DNA from: Planctomycetota bacterium
GTDB lineage: Bacteria > Planctomycetota > UBA1135 > UBA2386
Reading direction: 5' to 3'
Assembly (NCBI GenBank): GCA_965228735.1
Contig: OZ245838.1
Coordinates: forward strand, 4,928,001-4,992,000
Length of the DNA: 64,000 nt
Shown: positions 1 to 9,988 of the stretch, in pieces
Numbering within the stretch: the stretch's first letter is position 1
How the letters are laid out: each line of letters starts with the position of its first letter
Position numbers and translations under genes: made by a program
Notes under the pieces: model-generated
Databases searched by the model: none
What the model was told of the DNA's origin: nothing
What the model saw: the letters and a program-made list of their open reading frames with translations, nothing else

Positions 1-375
1 CAGCGGGGCATGGCCCATCAATCGATGCTCATCGAGGGCAGGAAGCGAGGCGATGCCGACGGTGGCGCCGACCGGCGCGCAGCTGAGGCCTGCTTCCGCG
101 AACTCCGGGAGCTCACGGAGCGTTTCGGGGAACTGGACCTGCGCGACAACGCGCTCGCCCTTCGCGCGGTCTACGGAGTCGCCGCCTGCGCCCGGAAGCG
201 CTCACGCACGATGTTGACGGCGCGCCCGAAGTCCGCCACGACGTCGGCCTCGGGGATCGTGTTCGGGATCGCGCCGACGCGGCGCATCAGGCCGAGCGGC
301 TGGCTCTGCAGGCCGGTGATCAAGACCGTGAACCCGCGGCTCTGCAGTAGACGGATTGCCTCTTGGAGCGCGTAG
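1..375 (+). CDS. Possible 3' end of a protein entering from the left edge
   Basis: Frame 1 is open from the window edge and looks helical (AAEACFRELRELTERFG). The stop at 375 implies about 200 bp convergent overlap with the SulP gene, so the call is uncertain. Confidence 0.3.
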   Translation, partial: QRGMAHQSMLIEGRKRGDADGGADRRAAEACFRELRELTERFGELDLRDNALALRAVYGVAACARKRSRTMLTARPKSATTSASGIVFGIAPTRRIRPSGWLCRPVIKTVNPRLCSRRIASWSA

Positions 376-1838
376 AGCCCGCTCTGGTCGACGAAGGGCA
401 CCCGCTTCATGCGCAGGATCAAGAAGCGCGCGTCAGGCAGCTGCGCGAAGCCGTCCTGGAGCTTGGACGCGAAGCCGAAGAACAGCGGTCCGGTCAGCCG
501 CTTCACGATGACCAGGTCCGCGATCTCCGCCGGCAGTTGCTCGTCCGGCCACCTGTGATCGTCCTGGTACGTCCGCATCGACCCGACTTCGACCCCCTGC
601 TCGACGATTTCGCTCATCCGCTTCATGAACAGCACGCAGGCGATGACCATGCCGACGCCGACGGCGACGAGCAGGCTCGAGAACACCGTGATGAGCAGCA
701 CGACCAGCATCACGGCCGCGTCCGAGCGCGGCACCTTGTTGACGTGCAGCATGCCGTGGTAGTCGAGGATGCCGATGCCGACGGTGATCAGGATGCCGGC
801 GAGCACGGGCTTCGGGATGAAGGCCGCGTAGGCGCCGGCGCCGAGCAGCACGGCGAGCAGCAGCAGCGAGTGGATCGCGCCGGACAGCCGAGTCTTGCCG
901 CCTGCGTTGACGTTGACGATCGTACGCATCGTGGCGCCCGCGCCCGGCAGCGCCGCGAACATGCCCGAGATCGAGTTGCCGATGCCCTGCCCGATCAGCT
1001 CACGGCGGCCGTCGTGCTGCGACTTCGTCAGGTTGTCCGCCACGACCGACGTGAGCAACGAGTCGATCGCGCCGAGCGCGGCCAGCGTCGCCGCGTAGCG
1101 GGCGATGACCGGCAGCAGTTCGGGGTCGACGTCGAACAGGCCGGTCGCGCGCAGCTCCGGGAACCCGCGCGGGATGTCACCGATGACCGGCACGTCAATG
1201 CCGCTCACCGCGCTCACGACGGTGAGCGCGAGCAGCGCGACCAGCGCGCTCGGGACGGCCTTCGTCAGCCGGGGGACCGTGTAGATGATGGCGATCGTCG
1301 CCAGCGTGAGCGCCAGCGCGGCGACGTTCGCGCCGGCCGGCAGCCCCCCGAACCCGCGCAGCACACCGACCGTGCCGCCTTCGGGGTTGGGCATGCCGAC
1401 GCCCGGGAACAGCTGCAGCAGGATGATGATCACCCCAATGCCGCTCATGAAGCCGGACACCACCGGATAGGGGATGAACTTGATCAGCGAGCCGATGCCG
1501 GCGAGCCCCATGCCGATCTGGATCAGCCCCGCGAGCACGAACGTCGCGACCAGCGCCGGCATCGCGGCTTCGAGGCCGCCCGTCGCCTCGGCGAGTTCCT
1601 TGACCGCGATCACCGTGACGACGGTCATCGGCCCGGTCGGTCCGCTGATCTGGACCGGCGTGCCGCCGAGGACCGCCGCGAAGAAGCCGATGAAGATGGC
1701 GCCGTAGAGACCGTACTGCGCGCCCATCCCGGACTGCACCCCGAACGCGAGCGCGAGCGGGAGCGCGACGATGCCGGCGGTGATGCCGCCGAAGACGTCG
1801 CCGCGCACCGTCGAGGCGTTCTCTCTGGTGTTGTTCAT
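171..1838 (-). CDS. SulP/SLC26 family anion (sulfate/bicarbonate) permease with STAS domain
   Basis: GDVFGGITAGIVALPLALAFG, QISGPTGPM and RELIGQGIGN motifs; STAS motifs GPLFFG and VPFVDQSG. Confidence 0.93.
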   Translation of the reverse strand: MNNTRENASTVRGDVFGGITAGIVALPLALAFGVQSGMGAQYGLYGAIFIGFFAAVLGGTPVQISGPTGPMTVVTVIAVKELAEATGGLEAAMPALVATFVLAGLIQIGMGLAGIGSLIKFIPYPVVSGFMSGIGVIIILLQLFPGVGMPNPEGGTVGVLRGFGGLPAGANVAALALTLATIAIIYTVPRLTKAVPSALVALLALTVVSAVSGIDVPVIGDIPRGFPELRATGLFDVDPELLPVIARYAATLAALGAIDSLLTSVVADNLTKSQHDGRRELIGQGIGNSISGMFAALPGAGATMRTIVNVNAGGKTRLSGAIHSLLLLAVLLGAGAYAAFIPKPVLAGILITVGIGILDYHGMLHVNKVPRSDAAVMLVVLLITVFSSLLVAVGVGMVIACVLFMKRMSEIVEQGVEVGSMRTYQDDHRWPDEQLPAEIADLVIVKRLTGPLFFGFASKLQDGFAQLPDARFLILRMKRVPFVDQSGLYALQEAIRLLQSRGFTVLITGLQSQPLGLMRRVGAIPNTIPEADVVADFGRAVNIVRERFRAQAATP

Positions 1839-2099
1839 CGGCGGGCGCCCGCGAGGAGACCGGCTCGGCTGCGTGCAGTCAAGCGACGCTTGTTCGTCGA
1901 TAGGCCACCAGCGCGAACGCGGGGCGATGCCGTCGGACCGGCGAGCGTGTGTCTTCCGCGGCGACCGCGACAGGCACGGTCAGCGCCCCGCCGGGTCGCG
2001 GGTTCACGACCGCGATGCCGCTCACGAGCAACAGGACGCAGGATCAAGGACTATGACCCGGCTCTTCGGAATCCACGCCGCTCCAGGCATCTGGTTGTC

Positions 2100-2186
2100 G
2101 TGAACGCGGCGCATCTTCCCCCGGCGGACCTGCAGGCCCTGCTCGAGAACGTCAGCTGGCTTCGCCGCCTGGCGCGGCGGCTGTGA
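2100..2186 (+). pseudogene. Possible truncated N-terminus of an ECF sigma factor (28 codons)
   Basis: GTG-start peptide NAAHLPPADLQALLENVSWLRRLARRL* resembles the start of ECF region 2 and stops just before the 3' end of the neighbouring ECF gene. Confidence 0.35.
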
Positions 2187-2219
2187 GCCGCGCTGAAGGG
2201 ATGTCGGCCCGCTCTCTTC

Positions 2220-5200
2220 TCACTTCGACTCGACCTGCGGCACGTCGATCGTCGTCGGCGCCTCGACGTCCTCGCCGATCTCGATCCAGCCGTGGTAGCG
2301 CAGGCCGTCCTCGGTGTGCGCCTCGACCTGGTAGCGGCCGAAGGCGAACACGTCGCGCACGTACCAGTAGCGGAAGCCGCGCAGGTCCGGGTAGAGCCGC
2401 GTGACGTCCTGCTGCAGCACGATCGAGTCGTCGACGGCTCGGATCGTGACGCGGAGCGGGGTGGTCGCGTCGGGGCGTTCCTTGCCGTCACCGTTGAACG
2501 TGATCTTGCGCGTGCGGCCGATCTTCAGCTCGAGGCGCACCCGCGTCTCGCGGTTCGCCTCCAGCGTGACCTGCTGCGGCGCTGCGATCACGTCGGTCGC
2601 GTTCACCGCGAGTTCGTAGGTGCCGGGTGGGGCCTTCACGGTCAGCCCACCGCTCGCGAACGAGTGCACGGTCGGCACCGAGTTGCCGTCCTGGTCTTTC
2701 AGCAGGATCCCGACCGGCTCGGCGGTCCACGGTCGTCCGGCCGCATCGAGCAGCTCCGGGACGAGCGTGCCCGTGGCGGGCAACACGATGTCACCGCAGT
2801 CGTGCTGTGGCGTGAGCGTCAGATCGATCGGCTCGCCGAGCTGCGCGCGGTTGCCGCCGGCCAGGTGCTGGAGCGTCCAGGTCGCCGCAACGAGGTCGGT
2901 GAACGCGAAACTCCCGTCGGCTGCCGTGTCCGTGCGGCGCGAGCCGCCGCGGCCGCGCCGGAGCAGCATCCGTCGACCGGCGACGGGCAGCCCGTCGGCC
3001 GTGAGCAGGCGACCGCGAATCGAGGCTCGCGGCATGTCGCGCTCGAGGACCTGCAGCTCGACCGTCGCGCCGGCGCGAACGTTGGCCTGGCTGGCTGCTG
3101 CGACGCGCCCGTCATCGGGCCGGGTGGAGATCGTGATCACCGCGTTCGGCGCGACGGGCAGCGCGAACGTCCCGTTCGTGGGCGTGATCGTCGTGGTCTG
3201 CTCCGCGTCGTCGGCTTCGGCAGTGACGCGCCAGCCTGCGAGCGGCTCGCCCGTCGGGCCCACGACCCGTCCCCGAACGAACCGATCCGGATCCAGCACG
3301 AAGTCACAGTGCACGACGCCGGACTCCGCCTCGTCGATCTCACGCGACGCGACGTCGGCGCCGCCGGTGCTGACCACGACCACGAACGGTCGGCGTGGCT
3401 GGTAGCCGAGGAAGAACGTCCCATCGGGGCGCACCCCGCACTGGCTGAAGTGGCCGTTCGTTTCGAGGTCGGGCCGCGACTCGACACCGGCCCGAATCGG
3501 CGACCCGTCGTTGTGGCGCACGGTGCCGACGACGACGACGCCGTCCTTCAACTCGAAGTCGACCGCCCTGGTCTGGCCGGCCGATAGTTCGAGTTTGGTG
3601 AACGCCGAGCACAGTGGTGGTGCCCATGCCGTGAGGTTCTGTTGTCCCGGCGCGAGCCCATCGAAGCGATAGCGGCCGGCCATGTCCGTGCGAACGAGTC
3701 GCCGCACGCGGCCGGCGAGGAGCGTGCCGTCCGCCATGCGCCGGCTGTCGCGTTCGCCGGTCTGCACGGTGACGAGAGCGTCGGCGATCGGCGTTCCCGC
3801 GGCGCCGCGGACGACCCCGGTGATCTTGGCCTCACCGGGCACGAGGACGAGTCGAAGCTCGTTCCGCGCGTTGTTCACGTAGCGCCCGCGCGATTCGCCG
3901 TAGCCACTGCGGTTCGCCGAGACGATCTGCTCTCTGAAGTCGACCGTTGCGATCTCGAAGCGGCCGTCGTCACCACTGACACCGGCGCGCCGACTGGTCA
4001 GTTCGTTCGGCTCCGGGATCATGAACCGACCCAGGCCGCTGCTCCGCTGGAGCCGGATGTCGGCGCCCGGAACGGGGTTGCCACTGTGATCGACGACGAC
4101 TCCGCGCAGCAGCTTGCGCACGGGTTTGCGGAACTCGAGGATCGCCTCTTCGCCGGCCGGCACCGTGACGGTACGGCGGTCGACAGCCGTGGCCGGCACG
4201 CACGCGTTCCAGGTGCCCGGCGCGAGCCCTGCCAGCGCCAGCTCACCGTTGCGATCGGTGCGCAACCTTCGGGTTCCCGCGTCGATCGGCTCGAACTGGG
4301 CCTCGCCGCGCCAGACGACGACGAACGTGCCGGGCAACGGCAGCTCGCGGCCTTCGGCGGTCGCAGTGATCGTTCGGATCCGCAGCGCCCCGTTCGCCGC
4401 CGTGCGATCGCCCGTGAGCTCGGTCACGTCATCGTCGTTCGTCGGCTCGATGGTCTGACCGATCGACGATCCAACCGCGGCGGTCGCGCGTTCGTCGCTC
4501 ATGCCGGCCGCCGGTTGCGGCGGAACTGGCGGCGAGAGCGCCTGCCACGCGACGAAGCAGCACAGGACGACGGCGGCCCAGACGATTCCCTTCTTCATGG
4601 CGAGATACGCTCCCACGTTGCTCGAGACGGTCGCGACGGCGGCAGCGGTCGTGCCGGCCAAGGCCGCAGCGGCGGCGTGTTCTCTTCCTGCCTGCATCAC
4701 CGCCGCGCGAACGACCCCGAGGCCAGAGGCCTGCAGGTTCGCGGCGATCACGCCGGCCAGGCTCGCGGGCAGCAGGCGGCGCAGCGCGCGCAGGCCGCGG
4801 TGGAGCCGCATTCGCACGGTCCCCGCCGGCACCCCGAGCGCTTCGGCGATCTCGGCAGGCGCGAGGCCGTGTTGCAACTGCATGAGCAGCGCCTGCCGCT
4901 GCTCGGCCGGCAGTTCGTCGACGTGCGTGCGCAGATGCGCGACGAGGTCGCGGCGCGTCGCCTCGTCGAGCGGTCCGACGCCGTCCGTGGCGAGATTGGG
5001 CAGCTCGGTCGTTGGCCGGCGCCGCGCTTGTCGCCGCACGTTGCGCGCGACGTTGGTCAGGATGCCGGCGAGCCACGGCTCGAGTCGCTGGTCGGCATCG
5101 AACGTGTCGGCGCGCTCGATCGCGATCAGGAACGTCTGCTGGACCGCGTCCTCGGCGTCGCCGGGATCGCCACACAGGTGCAACGCGACCGGCAGGAGCC

Positions 5201-5288
5201 GCGGCGCGAGGGTGTCGAACACCGTGCCCAACGCGTCCAGGTCACCGCGGGCCCGGAAGCGCGCGAAGAGCTCGGCGGATGGGTCCAT
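2220..5288 (-). CDS. ECF sigma-70 factor fused to a TM helix and extracytoplasmic carboxypeptidase-regulatory-like repeats
   Basis: Region 2 (DAEDAVQQTF, WLAGILTN) and region 4 (AEIAEALGVPAGTVRMRLHRG); TM segment after MKKG; repeated GxVvdxxGxPvaGA...TDxxGxF units. Confidence 0.9.
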   Translation of the reverse strand: MDPSAELFARFRARGDLDALGTVFDTLAPRLLPVALHLCGDPGDAEDAVQQTFLIAIERADTFDADQRLEPWLAGILTNVARNVRRQARRRPTTELPNLATDGVGPLDEATRRDLVAHLRTHVDELPAEQRQALLMQLQHGLAPAEIAEALGVPAGTVRMRLHRGLRALRRLLPASLAGVIAANLQASGLGVVRAAVMQAGREHAAAAALAGTTAAAVATVSSNVGAYLAMKKGIVWAAVVLCCFVAWQALSPPVPPQPAAGMSDERATAAVGSSIGQTIEPTNDDDVTELTGDRTAANGALRIRTITATAEGRELPLPGTFVVVWRGEAQFEPIDAGTRRLRTDRNGELALAGLAPGTWNACVPATAVDRRTVTVPAGEEAILEFRKPVRKLLRGVVVDHSGNPVPGADIRLQRSSGLGRFMIPEPNELTSRRAGVSGDDGRFEIATVDFREQIVSANRSGYGESRGRYVNNARNELRLVLVPGEAKITGVVRGAAGTPIADALVTVQTGERDSRRMADGTLLAGRVRRLVRTDMAGRYRFDGLAPGQQNLTAWAPPLCSAFTKLELSAGQTRAVDFELKDGVVVVGTVRHNDGSPIRAGVESRPDLETNGHFSQCGVRPDGTFFLGYQPRRPFVVVVSTGGADVASREIDEAESGVVHCDFVLDPDRFVRGRVVGPTGEPLAGWRVTAEADDAEQTTTITPTNGTFALPVAPNAVITISTRPDDGRVAAASQANVRAGATVELQVLERDMPRASIRGRLLTADGLPVAGRRMLLRRGRGGSRRTDTAADGSFAFTDLVAATWTLQHLAGGNRAQLGEPIDLTLTPQHDCGDIVLPATGTLVPELLDAAGRPWTAEPVGILLKDQDGNSVPTVHSFASGGLTVKAPPGTYELAVNATDVIAAPQQVTLEANRETRVRLELKIGRTRKITFNGDGKERPDATTPLRVTIRAVDDSIVLQQDVTRLYPDLRGFRYWYVRDVFAFGRYQVEAHTEDGLRYHGWIEIGEDVEAPTTIDVPQVESK

Positions 5289-5492
5289 ACGCCCATCCTT
5301 GTCCGCATCGCGCGGCGCGTCACCGGGTCCGCGAAGAAAACCGGATGGGCGTTGCGGTTCAAAGGGCTGGCAGGAGCGAACCCGGAATCGAGCGAAACCA
5401 CGTTACCGGATCAACGTGGCGGCACCTTGATCAGAGGCGGGTGGGTCGACTTCCGGCCTGCCGCCGCAACCCTTTGCCAACAAGGAACTGAC

Positions 5493-6134
5493 ATGAATGC
5501 CATCCTGAGTCTTTCGGCCTGTGCCCTGACCGGATCGCTCGCATTCGTCGCCGATTCGTCGAGTGTGCCGGTGAGCACCCCCAGCCCGGTCGTCTACGTC
5601 CAACTCCAGGACCCTGAGAACGTCGAGCCGTTGCTCGAGTGCCACTGCGTGGCGTCTACGAAAGCAATGACCGGTTCGGACACCGTGATCGAGTGTTCTG
5701 GAGAAGGAGCCACCAACGGCTCGCTCTTCATCACGAGCCCGGTGCCGGCGACGAACGCTCCGTGCGATGTCGCGAACGGTCAGTGCGCGACCAAGGAAGG
5801 GAGCAAGTGTCGTGCCACGGTCAAGGCCACGGTGCTCTGGCCATCCGGTTGCTGCGGATCCGTGGCCGTGATCGGGCCGACGATCGGCACGACGGCGCAG
5901 CCTTGTCAGGAAGTGCCGAACGGGACCGATCTGGAGCAGGTCTGGGACCTCGAGGCGACCTGCGACGCGAACGGCGATCACAAGGACCAGAGCGCCGATT
6001 GGTTCAAGCTCTGGTGCGGCGGGGCGTGCGTCCAGGGCACCACCGGGAATCCCCCCACGAGCACGCCGCCGAATGGACCTCCCACGGCGAAGTACGCGCC
6101 CGAGCTCACCTGCAAGAAGTGCAGCACGAAATGA
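5493..6134 (+). CDS. Secreted cysteine-rich hypothetical protein (213 aa)
   Basis: AAGGA RBS before ATG 5493; signal-like N-terminus; 14 Cys in the mature part; stop overlaps the next ATG (ATGA). Confidence 0.7.
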   Translation: MNAILSLSACALTGSLAFVADSSSVPVSTPSPVVYVQLQDPENVEPLLECHCVASTKAMTGSDTVIECSGEGATNGSLFITSPVPATNAPCDVANGQCATKEGSKCRATVKATVLWPSGCCGSVAVIGPTIGTTAQPCQEVPNGTDLEQVWDLEATCDANGDHKDQSADWFKLWCGGACVQGTTGNPPTSTPPNGPPTAKYAPELTCKKCSTK

Positions 6135-6955
6135 ACACTCCCAAGATCGTGATTCTCGCGGTCGCCGGTGCGTTGGTGGTCACCCTCGTGGTGACCGCCA
6201 CGGGCCGAACTCCGCCACCCGAGAGTTCGCCGCCCGTGAACTCACCCCCCGTGATCTCGTTGGCGACAACGCAGCCGAGGACCGCGCTTGCTGAATCGGG
6301 CCCGGGCCTCGTGCGGATCGTCGCGACGATGCCCCGCTCGGAGAGCGACGAGTCGACGGACGTGCGCTCCGCGCCGGTGCTGGTCGACGTCGCGCACCTG
6401 GGTCCGCTCGCTGAGTCGGAGGTCGCGGCGCTCATGTCTTCTTGCGAACGGTATCGCGAGCTACGTCGGCGCCAGTTCGCCGAGCGCGATGTCGAGGCGA
6501 CGGATTCGGGCGATCTGCTGCGCGAGGCGGAGATGCACTACGAGTCGGCACTCGCCGACTGCGCGATCGAGGCCGTCGCCAATGGCAGCTACGTCGTGCT
6601 GGCGCAGAGCGAGCCGGCGCCGCTCACGTTGCCCGGCGCCGAGGTGCTCACGACCGGGACGATGCGGAACGGCGAGGCCGTGAACGTCTGCATCGTCGTA
6701 ACGCACGACGCCTACCCGCGCGTTCGCGAGGCGAAGAACTACGTCGGTGACATGCTGTACTTCGACGACTCCGAGAAGGCGCGCAGGTTCAACGCATTGC
6801 CGGACGACGATCGGTCGGCGTTGGCCGCGCGTGTTCGCGAGCTACGCAGTAAGCGGAACAAGACGAAAGTCGATCGCGAGTTCCTGCGCGCGACGATTGG
6901 CCTCCGAACTCGGCTGGTTGGCGCCGGCAACCTGCTCGTTGCATACGGCAAGTAG
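6131..6955 (+). CDS. Hypothetical membrane-anchored or exported protein
   Basis: MNTPKIVILAVAGALVVTLVV hydrophobic N-terminus; Pro-rich linker; translationally coupled to the upstream gene. Confidence 0.7.
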   Translation: MNTPKIVILAVAGALVVTLVVTATGRTPPPESSPPVNSPPVISLATTQPRTALAESGPGLVRIVATMPRSESDESTDVRSAPVLVDVAHLGPLAESEVAALMSSCERYRELRRRQFAERDVEATDSGDLLREAEMHYESALADCAIEAVANGSYVVLAQSEPAPLTLPGAEVLTTGTMRNGEAVNVCIVVTHDAYPRVREAKNYVGDMLYFDDSEKARRFNALPDDDRSALAARVRELRSKRNKTKVDREFLRATIGLRTRLVGAGNLLVAYGK

Positions 6956-7021
6956 TGGCCGCGGGGCCTGGCCCGCTTCGCTGCGCCCCGGGCGGGCTGG
7001 GACTCGTTTCGGAGGCCGGAC

Positions 7022-8044
7022 TTACCCGCCGCGGGTGTGCATCTCGAGATGCGGGTCGCGCTTCAAGCGGTCCGCATCGGCGAGGGGGCCGCGGTTCGGC
7101 GCGGCGAGGCGTTCTTCCGCACCGGCGTCGGCGCGTTCGCTCCAGACCCGTTTGACGAGCGCGGCCGCGCGGTCGGGTCCGTGCTGGCGCAGCAGCGTGC
7201 GCAGGTCGTGACCGGTCGTCGCGTAGAGGCACGTGAACCACATGCCGTCCGCGGTGAGGCGGGCGCGGTCGCAGCTGCTGCAGAACGGCTGCGTCATCGA
7301 GCTGATGATGCCGAACGTCGTGCCGTCCGCGAGCTCGAAGCGTTCGGCCGGCGCACTGTCGGTTCGCGCGATCGGGCGCACGCCATCGCCGAAGTGCTTC
7401 GTCAACGTCGCGAGCATCGCCGTTCGACCGACGACCCGCTCGGGCCGCCACTGCGTCGCGCCGCCCACGTCCATGTACTCGATGAAACGGATCTCGGCCC
7501 CCTGGTCGCGCGCGAACTCGACGAGCGCCGGCAGTTCGCCGTCGTTGACGCCGGCGATCACGACGGTGTCGATCTTGATCGATTCGAAGCCGACCTCGCG
7601 CGCGGCGGCGATGCCGGCGAGCGCCCGGTCGAGATCATCACGGTTGGCCAGCAGCCGGAACGTCGCGGGGTCGAGCGAGTCGAGACTCACGGTGACGCGC
7701 CGCAGGCCGGCGTCGCGCAGCGCCTGCGCGTGCCGCGGCAGCAGCACGCCGTTCGTCGTCATCGCGAGGTCGCGCAGCGCCGGTTTGTCCGCGAGCAGGG
7801 CAACGAGATCCGGCAGGTCCTGCCGCAGCAGCGGCTCGCCGCCCGTGATGCGCACGCGGTCGACGCCGAGCGCCGTGAACACGTCGACGAGCTGCGCGAT
7901 CTCCTCGAACGTGAGGATCCGCGACTTGTCGAGCCACGTGTAGTTCTCCTCGGGCATGCAGTAGCTGCACCGGAGGTTGCAGCGGTCCGTGACGGACAGC
8001 CGCAGGTTCTGCAGCGGGCGGCGGCGGGAATCGAAGAGCGTCAT
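7022..8044 (-). CDS. moaA: GTP 3',8-cyclase (molybdenum cofactor biosynthesis, radical SAM)
   Basis: LRLSVTDRCNLRCSYCMP, TGGEPLLR, PFCSSCDRARLTADG...CL, C-terminal MHTRGG. Confidence 0.97.
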   Translation of the reverse strand: MTLFDSRRRPLQNLRLSVTDRCNLRCSYCMPEENYTWLDKSRILTFEEIAQLVDVFTALGVDRVRITGGEPLLRQDLPDLVALLADKPALRDLAMTTNGVLLPRHAQALRDAGLRRVTVSLDSLDPATFRLLANRDDLDRALAGIAAAREVGFESIKIDTVVIAGVNDGELPALVEFARDQGAEIRFIEYMDVGGATQWRPERVVGRTAMLATLTKHFGDGVRPIARTDSAPAERFELADGTTFGIISSMTQPFCSSCDRARLTADGMWFTCLYATTGHDLRTLLRQHGPDRAAALVKRVWSERADAGAEERLAAPNRGPLADADRLKRDPHLEMHTRGG

Positions 8045-8134
8045 CGGCGAGTTCGCCCCACACCATAGCAAGGCCGGGCCCGCGGACCACTCGCCGGATG
8101 TCCGTCGAATGTCGCGGTTCGGCCCGGCCGCGGT

Positions 8135-9988
8135 TCAGCCCGGCAGCCGCGCGGCGCGACGGCGCAATTCGGTGATGACCCTGCCGTTCGGCGGCTCGGC
8201 CGTGACGGGATCGATCGGTGGCACGGGCAGGTCGAAGGTCCGATACAGCACCCACGCGATCGCCTGCCGGGTGTGCGGCGGGGTGCGCTGGTGCGCGAGG
8301 CTGCGGATCAGTTGCTCGGTGACCCGGCGTCGCGGCAGCCGGACGAGCGCGTTCAGCAGGGCCGGGTCGACGGGCTGTCGCCGCAGCGCGACCTCCAGGT
8401 CGCTGCCGCCGCGTCGGCTCAGTGCGAGCGCGCTCGTGTCGGTCCGGTCGGCGTTGTTCGCGAGGGTGCGGCGGACCCGTTCGAGGTCGCCGTCGAACTG
8501 GCTGCCGAACGCGAAGTCGAGCACCCGCTTCAGCACCTGCTCGTGGTCGGCGAGCGTGACGCAGTGGCCGCGGCCGGCGCGCGCGATCTTCTTGAACTGA
8601 TCGAGCGTGTCCTTGCCGGCGTCGTGCGGCGTCGTCACGAGGGTGTGCACGTAGGAGTTGCCGCGGTTGGTGAACGCCCTGACCTCGCGCATCAATCGGC
8701 GCCATTCGGACTGGTGCGCGGGCGCATCGCCGGCGAGCACGACGACCCGTTTGCTCTTGTGGCGCCAGTGTTGCTGGAACGCGGTGCGCAGCCCGTCGCG
8801 CACCGCTTCGGGCCGGTCGCCGCCGCCCTCGGCGCGCACGCCCTGCACGAAGTTGGACGCCTGCCAGAAGTCGAGGCCGAGCGGGATGTCGCGTACCGTG
8901 TAGTCCTCGTCGACGCCGCGGTCGCGGTAGGTCACGAGGCCGATGCGGGCGTCGGGCACGAGCGACCGCAACACGTGCAGCATCTCCGCGATCGTGCTCT
9001 TCGTGTCGCGGATCGTCGCGCCCATCGAACCCGTGCTGTCGAATACGAAGACGATCTCGAGGCCCGTCTCGCGCAGCTCCTTGACCGTCTTGCGGAAGCC
9101 GGCCGAGCCGATGCCGTCGACGCCACCGTCCTTGCTCGTCGTTCGGAGCGCCCGCGACTCGCTCGACGGCGACCGTTTCGTGATCCGCGGGTTGCTCTGC
9201 ATCTGACCGAGCCGGTCGGGCACGGTCGGCGTCGGCTCGATGACCGGCTGCGGCTCGGTCTCACCGTCGAGCTCGAGGATCGGCTCGTCGACCGCGTCCT
9301 CGGGTTGGACCTCGAGCGGCGGCAGTTCGGTGTCCTCGCCCAGTGCGACGCGGCTGCCCGCGAGATCGAAGCTGACCGTCGCGATGTCGTCGCCGCCGAC
9401 CTCCGGTGTCGGGAACAACAGGTAGAGCAGCAGGAACAGGATCCCGTGCACGAGGGACGACAGCCCGAGCCATGGCGCGCGCCGCAGCTCCTCGGCCATG
9501 GTGTCGGTGAACGACTGCTCCTCGAACCGACGCCCGCCGGGCCCGGGCCCGGGCTGGGGGGGCGGAGGGGGAATCGTGCCGGGGTCGGTGGCGGCCGCCG
9601 GCGCGACGGGGCCAGGGAGCGCGTCCGTGGGCAACGGCGGCGCGATCGCGAGCAGGCGCCGCAGTTCGGCCTGCTGCGCGAGCGCCGGGATCGGCACGAT
9701 CGCCGCTTCGCCGCTGTCCCGGACGACCACGGCCGCGCCCTCGGCGAACTGGATCGAGTCGCCGGGTTCGACGCGACTGCAGGTGATCCGGGCGCCGTTC
9801 CGGTACGTGCCGATCGGGCTGCCGAGATCGATGAGCTCGGCGCCGTCCGACCGCACGACGAGCCGCGCGTGGTGCAGGGCCACGTTCGGCCCGTCGCAGC
9901 GGAAGTCGCAGTCCGAGCCGGCCCCGAGCAGGTAGTCCCGCCCGGGTTCGAGCGCGAAATCCTGGTCCAGGATGCGCAGGGCCAGCAT
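8135..9988 (-). CDS. FHA domain + TM + von Willebrand factor A domain protein
   Basis: FHA-like HHARL...DLGSPIGTYRNG; TM segment WLGLSSLVHGILFLLL; MIDAS motif FDSTGSMG; GGGDRPEAV. Confidence 0.85.
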   Translation of the reverse strand: MLALRILDQDFALEPGRDYLLGAGSDCDFRCDGPNVALHHARLVVRSDGAELIDLGSPIGTYRNGARITCSRVEPGDSIQFAEGAAVVVRDSGEAAIVPIPALAQQAELRRLLAIAPPLPTDALPGPVAPAAATDPGTIPPPPPQPGPGPGGRRFEEQSFTDTMAEELRRAPWLGLSSLVHGILFLLLYLLFPTPEVGGDDIATVSFDLAGSRVALGEDTELPPLEVQPEDAVDEPILELDGETEPQPVIEPTPTVPDRLGQMQSNPRITKRSPSSESRALRTTSKDGGVDGIGSAGFRKTVKELRETGLEIVFVFDSTGSMGATIRDTKSTIAEMLHVLRSLVPDARIGLVTYRDRGVDEDYTVRDIPLGLDFWQASNFVQGVRAEGGGDRPEAVRDGLRTAFQQHWRHKSKRVVVLAGDAPAHQSEWRRLMREVRAFTNRGNSYVHTLVTTPHDAGKDTLDQFKKIARAGRGHCVTLADHEQVLKRVLDFAFGSQFDGDLERVRRTLANNADRTDTSALALSRRGGSDLEVALRRQPVDPALLNALVRLPRRRVTEQLIRSLAHQRTPPHTRQAIAWVLYRTFDLPVPPIDPVTAEPPNGRVITELRRRAARLPG

